From positions 40,424,001 to 40,488,000 of the forward strand of contig OX597824.1 of the NCBI GenBank assembly GCA_951406725.2: a stretch of 64,000 bases of DNA, read 5' to 3'. The stretch is from Octopus vulgaris. Lineage: Eukaryota. Of the stretch, positions 54,969 to 64,000 are shown piece by piece. Position 1 is the first letter of the stretch; every line of letters begins with the position of its first letter. A program made the position numbers and the translations under genes. The notes under the pieces were generated by a model that searched no databases, was not told the origin of the DNA, and saw only the letters and a program-made list of their open reading frames with translations.

Positions 54969-55250
54969 GATCTGCCTGTCTATCTGTGGGTTTATTTATA
55001 TATCTCCCTATCCATCTTTCTATCTCTTTCTCCATGAGTTTCTCTATTTCCCTATGGGTTTGTCTATCTGTCTGTCTGCATCTATCTATCTGCCTCTCCA
55101 TGGCTCTATCTATCAGTCTGTCTACCTCTCCGTCCATTTATTTTGCTGTTCTATCTATTTTTCTGTCTGTTTATCACTCTGTCTCTCTGTCCATCTATCC
55201 ATTTATCTAACTACTTATCCATCTATCTGTCTATGAATCAATCTATCCCT
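54610..55250. repeat. CT-rich low-complexity and (TCTA)n tract
   Basis: Pyrimidine-rich run and tetranucleotide repeats upstream of exon 55322. Confidence 0.8.
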
Positions 55251-55321
55251 CCTTAGCTTCTTTCATTCCTTCCAACTATGGTTTATATACTAAACTTCTG
55301 TTTTCTTCTTTCCACCAACAG

Positions 55322-55415
55322 AGAATTAATGGAAACATCAACAGCCATGGCTGAACTAGAGACAAATAGTTCTGAATTGTTAGGAACTTTGGATCAACAA
55401 AAATCAGAATTACTG
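55322..55415 (+). CDS. PLEKHD1: PLEKHD1-like coding exon (coiled coil)
   Basis: ccaacag|A...CTG|gtaagt; 94 nt; ELMETSTAMAELETNSSELLGTLDQQKSELL. Confidence 0.85.
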
Positions 55416-56714
55416 GTAAGTCTGTGGTTAACTTCAATGATACATCTCTTCTCAACTTCGCATTGTACCTAAGCACCCTTTTCTTCTTTCTGACTCTTTT
55501 AATGTCAACTTTTCTGTTTTTGTGTACTGAGCATGTACTTCTAGCCTTCAGTGCTGTCTTTCTTTAACTGATTTATTCTGCTTTTTGTTTCTGAGTTGTA
55601 GTACACCTGAGCGCTGTATACAATAAGCTTATTATTCTTAAGGCAGCAAGCTGGCAGAATTGCTACTGCACTGGATAAAATGCTTAATGATATTTCTTCT
55701 GGCTTTATGTTCTGGGTTCAAACTCCACTGAAGTTGACTTTGCCTTTCATCCTTTTGGGGTTGATAAAATAAGTACTAATTGGACACTAGGGTCGATGTC
55801 ATTGCCTAGTCCCTTCCCACCTAAATTCCAGGCCTTATTCCTATAGCAGAAAGGATTATTATTATGTCATCATCATCATCATCATTGCTCAAGAACACAA
55901 TGTATTCCAGCCCAGGAATCAAAACCACAATCTTATGATCACAGGTACAGCATCCTAACCATTAAGCCACATGCCTCCACTCAGTAAGAATGGTATGTTA
56001 AAAAAATAAGGTTCAGTGCCATTGCTGAAGATACAAACCTATAGAGCATACAACCAAGTCAACAATAAACCCAACCAGCTATGACTCTAACCAGTAATAT
56101 ACAAGGGGTTATGTCATTGAACTATAATCTCAGCTCTTTATACACGCACACACAAACTCACACACACACACAGACAAAAGAAACCTGCACTCACATAGAT
56201 GTATATCAACACCTAAGAAAAAAATCAATATTGTTCAACCATTGGGCTCATTTAAACAGCTTCATTAATGTTCGTATGGACAAATTTACGCTTGGCTTCT
56301 TTCCCAAATATTAACAGAGCGAATAACAATGGAAAGTGAAGCAATAAAAGTTGAGTGCAGACCTACCAACTTTATAACCTGGCTTATGGTATATATATAA
56401 GAAATTATAAGTTAGCATGTCGGCCATTGTACCTAAGTACAACAAGCTTCATACAATAAAAGTTGAATATAGATTTACCAACTTTGTCCAGTAGCTGATT
56501 TCTATATAAGAAATTACAGGAAATTATAATTAGCATGTCAGCTGTTCTGCTTTAGTACAGCAAGCCTCATACTACAACAACAGCTCAAGCCAAAGAGGAA
56601 ACTCGACTTGCTAGAGATAGCAACCAAATCTCACTCAAATCAGACCCTTCCTTTTTGAAATTGGAAGAATACATTGGACAGTATAGTGTTTGTTCATTCA
56701 TTGTGACCATGGTC

Positions 56715-56940
56715 AAACATTTCTGACAGTCTCTCTACAATTCTTGATTTTCCATTGCTCGTGGCATCTGCTTGTTACTGAGGTTTGTATCATCTGAGAG
56801 TTGATTGGTGACTGTTTGAGCAGGTCTTCCTCTACTGTGTCTCTTGTGACTTGGTTCCTGCAATAGTAGCTTGTGTATAACTTCCTGCTTACTTCTCCTG
56901 CAATGTCCTGCAAATCATAACCATCTTTGAGCAATTATAG
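56715..56940 (-). mobile_element. RTE-type LINE C-terminal fragment
   Basis: Minus frame WL*FAGHCRRSKQEVIHKLLLQEPSHKRHSRGRPAQT...DDT...AMENQEL*R. Confidence 0.65.
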
Positions 56941-57065
56941 TTGCTATCTTGTGGGCAATTTTCTGTAAAAGATACAACGGTCATCACTAGAACATCTTTG
57001 GGCATAGTTTTCTTAATCTAGGTTAATTCGGGGGATAGATAACAATAACAGGAAGCAACAACAAT

Positions 57066-57274
57066 ACTCTTTTACTTGTTTCAGTCATTTGACTGTGGCC
57101 ATGCTGGAGCACCGCCTTTAGTCGAGCAAATCGACCCAAGGACTTAGTCTTTGTAAACCCAGTACTTATTCTATCGGTCTCTTTTGCTGAACTGCTAAAT
57201 TATGGGGATGTAAACACACCAACATAGGTTGTCAAGCGATGTTGGGGTGGACAAACACAGACACACAAACATAT

Positions 57275-57337
<63 letters not shown>

Positions 57338-57510
57338 CATATACATATATACAACAGGCTTCTTTCAGTTTCCGTCTACCAAATCCACTCATAAGGCTTT
57401 GGTCAGCCTGAGGCTATAGTAGAAGACACTTGCCCAAGGTGCCACGCAGTGGGACTGAACCCGGAACCATGTGGTTGGTAAGCAAGCTACTTATCACACA
57501 GCCACTCCTA
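57066..57510 (-). mobile_element. SINE family A, well preserved
   Basis: Very similar to the copy at 15300-15720. Confidence 0.85.
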
Positions 57511-58019
57511 CGACATAAAGTCATACTTTTGATAAGAGAACTAACTTCTCTTCCTTCGAGTAATGTTATCGCCTACTGCAGAAATATGCAGTAACTAATG
57601 TGAGTGAATTTTCCTTCATTTTCTCATGTGGGTATGTGCAGTGATTGTGAATGAAAATTCACTGTTTATACAGATTTTGTTATTTATTTGCAGTCATAAA
57701 TGAAGGCAAAGCATGTCCAGTGTTTTTGACATGTTTTTTGGTGATTATGAAAAAAAAAACAACCTCTCTTTTGTTTGCAGTCCTCCCTGAAAACATGTCT
57801 GGGCTGTTTGTTGTTTGATACCCTAAGGGAATTATTACTTTACTTGGAAACAGGTGTGGCTTGGCATCAGAAAGGGCATTTAACTGGAGAAAACTCTGCC
57901 TCATAGTAGTGTCATCTGGCTTATGCAAGCATGAAAAAGTAGATGTTATCATCGTCATCATTACTGCCATCATTATCATTGTCAAGCTAATACATGCTAA
58001 TTTGATTAGCAGGAATATT

Positions 58020-58460
58020 ATCTTGAGGTATGGTGACAATCTCAAGAATCTTCCTTAGGATTCTTGCAGAATATAGAATGGTATGTTTCTGCTGGTTGAC
58101 AATGTGTCTCAGTTCCAATATCGTTCAGTCTTTTAGATAAGCTCATTGGGTGTCATGCCAAGTGCACCAATAACCACAGGAACAATTGTTGCCTTTTCTT
58201 CCACAGTCTCTTTGGCTCTCTGACTAGATCCAGATATTTCACAGTTTCTTTTTCAATTTCTTTGATACCAACTCTGTTATGATACAAAATTTCAAAGGCT
58301 GTGATCTTTCACTGTTTCTTTCTTTTATTCTCTATAATTGTATCTGATCTTATTGCTTCAATATTGTGATCAGTCTCTATGGGAAGTCCCACAAGATCCT
58401 ATAAATCATATTCTCTGTGACACCCCACCACCCTGTATTCACTTACTGCACTCACTCAAA
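58020..58460 (-). mobile_element. R4/Dong-like non-LTR element, restriction-like endonuclease C-terminus
   Basis: Minus strand ILWDFPIETDHNIEAIRSD...KEIEK..KYLDLVRE.KRLW...TIVPVVIGALG. Confidence 0.7.
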
Positions 58461-58564
58461 TGAAGTGTACCAATCATGAGTAGTGGATTGATAGAATCAA
58501 TATATGTCATGTGGCTTCTGTTGCATAATGTTACATTCTGAGTTTAAATCTCATTCATCATTTT

Positions 58565-58918
58565 AACTGCGGCCATGCTGGAGCACCGTCTTTAGTTGAA
58601 CAAATCAACTCCAGAACTTATTCTTTGTAAGCCTAGTACTTATTCTATCAGCCTCTTTTGCCAAACCGCTAAGTTACAGGGACGTAGACATGCCAACATC
58701 GGTTGTCAAGCGATGGTGGGGCGACAAACACAACTACACAGACATACACACATACACACACGACAGGCTTCTTTCGGTTTCCGTCTACCAAATCCACTCA
58801 CAAGGCTTTGGTCGGCCCGAGGCTATAGTAGAGGACACTTGCCCAAGGTGACATGCAGTGGGACTGAACCCAGAACCATGTGATTGGTAAGTAAGCTACT
58901 TACCACACAGCCACTCCC
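58565..58918 (-). mobile_element. SINE family A
   Basis: Near full-length copy. Confidence 0.82.
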
Positions 58919-59419
58919 ATATAATATCATCAGTGTCATCATTTTATAGTCCACTTTTCATGCTTGCATGGGCCTGATGAAATTCGCTAACACAGATTTG
59001 CTATGACCTAATGCTCTTCCTGTTGCCAACCCTTATCTGTCTCAAATTAAGGAAATATTTCCTTTAGTCCTTCAAACATGATTGGACATATTATGACATC
59101 AGTTGTATAATGGTGACACTTGTTTACCTTTAGTGTACAATGCCATGACAATGAGACATAAATATGTGTGCACGTATGCACACGCGCAAAACAGAACAGA
59201 GTTCTTTCTGTTTCTGTCAGCCAAATCCACTCACAATGCTTTAGTTGGCTCAGGGGTATAGTAAAAGACACTTCTTCAAGGTGTGGGCAGAAGGACTGGA
59301 CACAAAGCTATCTGGTTTCATAATGAACTTCTTAATCATACAGCCATATTTGATATGTGTGTGTGTGTGGGTGTGTGTGTGTGTGGGTGTGTGGATCATA
59401 CAGCCATATTTGATATGTA

Positions 59420-59469
<50 letters not shown>

Positions 59470-60171
59470 AGTGTTTGGGTGGGGTATCTATCCTACAAGT
59501 TCATACCTTGGTAAAATAAAAGATTAGGTAGTTAGGTAAAAATTTACTCCATGTATTGCATACCCTGTTTACAACACATGAACACACACACACATTCCCT
59601 TACAGTGTGTGTGTGTGTGTCTTTCCTTCTCTTTCTCTCTCTTCCTCCTTCTCCATATCATTATCAATCAGTCAAAATCCATATTCTAGGCTGGCTCCAA
59701 GCAGACAGCAAGAGATACAATTTGCTCCCCAACTCACTGTCTGTCTCCCATCACCTGCCATCCTCATTTTCCTCCCTTTCTATTCAACCTCTCCTTTGTA
59801 GTCTTCCTATTTTCCTCTTCTTTTTTACCTGGAATTCATCCATGTGTGACTATATATGCTACAGACTGATTTTGTGTTACATGACCAAAACACTTCAATT
59901 TCACCACCTTTTAACAATTAACAGAAGAATTTTATTGTTTCTGCTCCTGGTTTTTCCAACATTTTTTTTTTCTGATGCATTAAAATTTCTATGCAGCTAT
60001 GAAAGAACAGACCTAGTACTCTACTCCTATATTTTTTGAGAGTTTTTGTACTTATTTTTCTTTTCTCTCCATTCTTCTCTTACTCTCACTTCCTTTTCTC
60101 TCTCACCTACCACTTCCCTCTCTTCCTTTCCTTATCTTTTATGCTGTCTTTCCACCTCCCACCTGTCTCTT

Positions 60172-60230
<59 letters not shown>

Positions 60231-61025
60231 CTTCCATCCCCCTCTTCATTCCATTCTCGCTCTTGCTCCACCTCGCTCTTCTTTCCCTCTCTCAGTTTGA
60301 AGGTATTACTGGCTATAGTGCATGCATGTACACACACATACACTATCAACATTACATTATTTCATCATGTTCTCTTTGGAGAAAAGAAAGAGATGGCAAG
60401 AGAGACAGACAGACAGACAGACAGACTGACAGAATATGGAAGTGTGCCAAATTTCATCTCGTATATTGTTTTACTTTTCTTTTTATAGTTCCCATCACTG
60501 TTTTAGGTTGTTGACTTTTTTTTTTCGTTTTTCCTTGTTTACAACAAAGATTTGTTTTGGTTAGGAAGAAGGCCAAAGGAAGGAGGGAAAGAAAGAATTT
60601 GGTTGATTAAATCAGCTTCTGTGTCTTCTTATTGGTTGTATATCTGACCAATTAAATGCTTTCTATGTAGGTGCTTGACCAGGGCCTAACGGAGATCTCT
60701 ATGTTATTGATGTAGTGGTTCAACCCTGGGTTAGCCCCAATCAGGTAGACCCATTGTCAAAGACATTCTATTTGTGAATGTCCTATCTTTTTCAGAAGTA
60801 TCCAGAATCACATATTCCAATGTGTCCTTCCTTTTTTTTTAATATGGTACAACATGTAAGTTGAGGGAGATTTGGTTATTATTACTAACAAGTTGAGCAG
60901 TCACAGAAAGGCTCCTTGTTATGCTTGCTTGACCTGCAAGAAATATTGTTCAATGGAAGAAGAACGGAATGGTCATGGCTGAAATCCCTTTGATCAGGGA
61001 ACCACAGCAACAACATCTTCTAGAC

Positions 61026-61362
61026 TAGTATTTCTCAATTATTTCTCATCTATGGACACCTTTCAGTACTATTTTATTCTTGTGGGCCCCCATAGACATT
61101 CAATGTTTACAAGTTAGTTTTCTAGATACTTCTTTCTAAATATACTTATTTTGTTTTCTTATTCACTTATGTAGTTTGAACTATGTAAAACATCAGAGAA
61201 AGAAACCCAGCTGTTTCTTCCAATAAATACATCTAAACCAAGTTTTTTCATGGACCTTTAAAATACTACTATGGATCCCTAATTTACTATTTTGCTTCCA
61301 TGGATCCCCCAAAACCTTATATAGACCCTCAAGGGTCATATGAACCCCTATTCAGAACTACT
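61026..61362. mobile_element. Degraded hAT-like MITE
   Basis: Ends resemble cagtggttctcaa / ttgagaaccactg, internal ggacccc motifs, tctaga-like flank. Confidence 0.35.
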
Positions 61363-63867
61363 ACCTTAGATCCTACCATGCTCCTTGGTTTAAACCTTTT
61401 GACACCTGCCTAACTGAATCCACCCCTGTATCTAGAAACTTCCTGTTTTAAAGTATCTAAATTAAAACCTTCCATCAAAATTCTATGTTAATTCCAATTC
61501 CAAATACTAGCTTAATAATGATTAGATTATTTTCCTAAATTATTCATTATCCTCAAAATTATGTACAGCAAAGGCAGTGTATTTCAACAGAAATACAGTT
61601 GTCAAAGGATGAAAACCATCATATATTCAAAGCAAGCTGAAATATCTTCATGGTCACTTGATTTGTTAAAATTAGTGGCCAATTCTCCCTTAAGTTACAT
61701 CAAACCATTTTAGAAAAAGACATATTAGATAAAGTGGGCTTGAGTTGCCTCCACATAGGAAAGAGATGGGATGGTCTTACCTGGAATGCTTTGATCATTA
61801 GTCCATCTAATCGAGGCTGATCTGGAGCTAATTAACAACAATAGCAGTAACTGCTACTTAGATTTTGGTAATTCTAGCTAAATTCACTCTGTTGTTGATC
61901 TTCAGATACCTAGTCCCTTCTACATCCATATTCTTGCTGTAGAAGTTTAACTGCAGCTCCTCAACCCATGTTAGTTTCCCCAAACCAGGAAAGTTTTTTT
62001 TTTCTTCTCTTGCTTAACCTTTTTACATCTGTTTTTTTTTCCATTCTGTCATGGGTCAAATGAGACATCTTGAAACAGTATCCTAAGGTTGGATGCCCTT
62101 CCTGATTCCAGCCATAACTTGTTATTCAAACACACCACCAGTCTTTGCTTGTCATTCAGCACAAATATCATAACCTAACAAAAGAATTCCTTTCCCTCAG
62201 CACAAAAATAGCCACAAATTGTACAAAGTATTCAACAGGAATAACATAAAGGTCAACAACCCAAAACCTATTTATTCACGTATTCATCATTGTTATAATC
62301 ATCATGCTTTCGTGGGTCACACAGAATTATTTGAGGCAGCTTTTCTACAACTGGATACCCTTCCTGTTGCCAACCCTCATTTATTTTCAAGCAAGGCAGT
62401 ATTTCATCATGGCCATAAGATTTTTTGCAGAACATTGTAAACAAATGACATTGCTTGTATGACAATGACCTCAATTGCAACTCTCATGTGCTGTCAAGAC
62501 AAAAACAAACACACACACACAGAGGATTCTTTCAGTTTCTATTTACCAAATCCACTCACAAAGGCTTTGGCCATCCAAGGACCATAGAAGACACTTGCCC
62601 AAATTGTCCAAACATAGTTTTGCCACATATTGTTAAGCCATAGCTCACCATTTTACAAATGTTAATAATGAATGTTACATATCAGTCCTACTAAATATTA
62701 GATGTTACAGTATATATTTATTTGGTCAGCAATTTGCTATTAATATTCTTCTGAACTCATACAAGAACATACACACACATATACACACTTGATATGTGTA
62801 TGAAACTGACATATATGTGCCTGGGGTAACTTTACATTAAGGAGTGGAATGTGCAATATCCTGTAATTCAGACCACCTCATGGTCCCAGCAGACAAAATG
62901 GCAAAGGAAATGTGCTGGAACAGCCACTTTAACTCACATGGCTCTAAATTGCAGATAGCCATCTCCACCCCAATAGCAGTGAGCAGGGATATGGTTTAGG
63001 GGTCAAGAACGCCAGTGGTTTCCACTGCCACAAGCTCAACCATATACTGTAATGCCTAGATATACAAGTTATCTTGTTCTCGGAGACTGCTTATAAATCG
63101 AAAACTCATAAAGCAGAGCAATAACTTCCCATAGTAGCAATGTTATAAATCATAATTCCTTCCCAGAAAAATATTTTACTTATAAAATTTATAATACTCA
63201 TAAATAAATGGCAATAAAACAATGGTAGAATGTGAAGAATATTTTATATAAAGTAAAAAGAACGTCAAGATCATTTATAATAAGAAATATTACTATTATA
63301 ATCGTTTTCTGGATCACTTTCACTCACACTAGACTTGTGCACACCATCGCTTGTAGACGTGATCATCAATTCATAAGCACTCATAGACAGACTTATAGAT
63401 TTCTTTTTAAAAAAACAAGTCTAGAGTTGTTTGCTTAGGGGGAGCCTTTTTCTGCTCTCTATAAATCTCTGTTGCATGTAGAAGCATTTGTTATGGTAGT
63501 AGAAACTTTTGCACTTTGTTCAAAATTTGGATCTTGTGCTTGAAAAATAAAACTTGTAAAGTGAAGTATTACTGTATCTGTCAGACAGTGACCGATATCT
63601 TGACAGTTTGCTTTTCTCAGCCTGACAAGCTGCAGAGTCTGGGCTGGTAGCTGAACATCCCAAGTTGCCACTGGAGGTGTTACAGCATGTGACATCCCAG
63701 ATCTGGAGCCTACCATCACAGAACGGGAAATCATACCCTCAGGTCTTTTATTGTCTCCTTGGTCAAGCCCCGCTGGCTCAATTTAGGAAGGGAAGCCTGT
63801 GTTGTTATGAATTTCTTCTGAACTATTCATTTGTTTTGACATATTCATATATTTCAATCTTTTTCAG

Positions 63868-64000
63868 ATATTGGCATCCGAAAGAGAGAAAATTCTAAAT
63901 GTTTTAAAAGAGAAAGAAGGAGAGACTGAGACACTATCAAAGAAAAATGAGACATTGGCACAGACCACAGCAAACCTTCGGCATACCCTAGAAACTATAG
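63868..64000 (+). CDS. PLEKHD1: PLEKHD1-like coding exon, truncated by window end
   Basis: tttttcag|ATA; open to the end: ILASEREKILNVLKEKEGETETLSKKNETLAQTTANLRHTLETI; phase 0 continues the previous exon. Confidence 0.82.
   Translation, partial: MLASEREKILNVLKEKEGETETLSKKNETLAQTTANLRHTLETI

Overview
AT-rich, repeat-saturated animal genomic DNA. The SINE families and microsatellite load suggest an octopus-like cephalopod; this is inferred from the repeats. The only host gene found is on the + strand: a PLEKHD1-like protein (PH domain plus coiled coil). Eight GT-AG, phase-consistent coding exons lie between 32898 and the window end. The first coding exon was not found, so 1-32897 is probably one very long first intron. 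The rest is tRNA-derived SINEs of several families (some nested in themselves), LINE remnants (RTE-type, R4/Dong-type), Penelope-like fragments, mariner/pogo/piggyBac-type derivatives, and mini- and microsatellites. The most striking structures are three. (1) A 452-bp spacer-less palindrome (3 mismatches) whose arms each carry an intact minimal hammerhead-ribozyme motif, with decayed sibling motifs elsewhere in the window. (2) A diverged inverted repeat pair bracketing one coding exon, with a core that pairs fully in the sense RNA through G-U wobbles. (3) A GC-rich promoter-like patch with an X-box next to two further long hairpins. Almost all ORFs in the supplied track are microsatellite or repeat artefacts.
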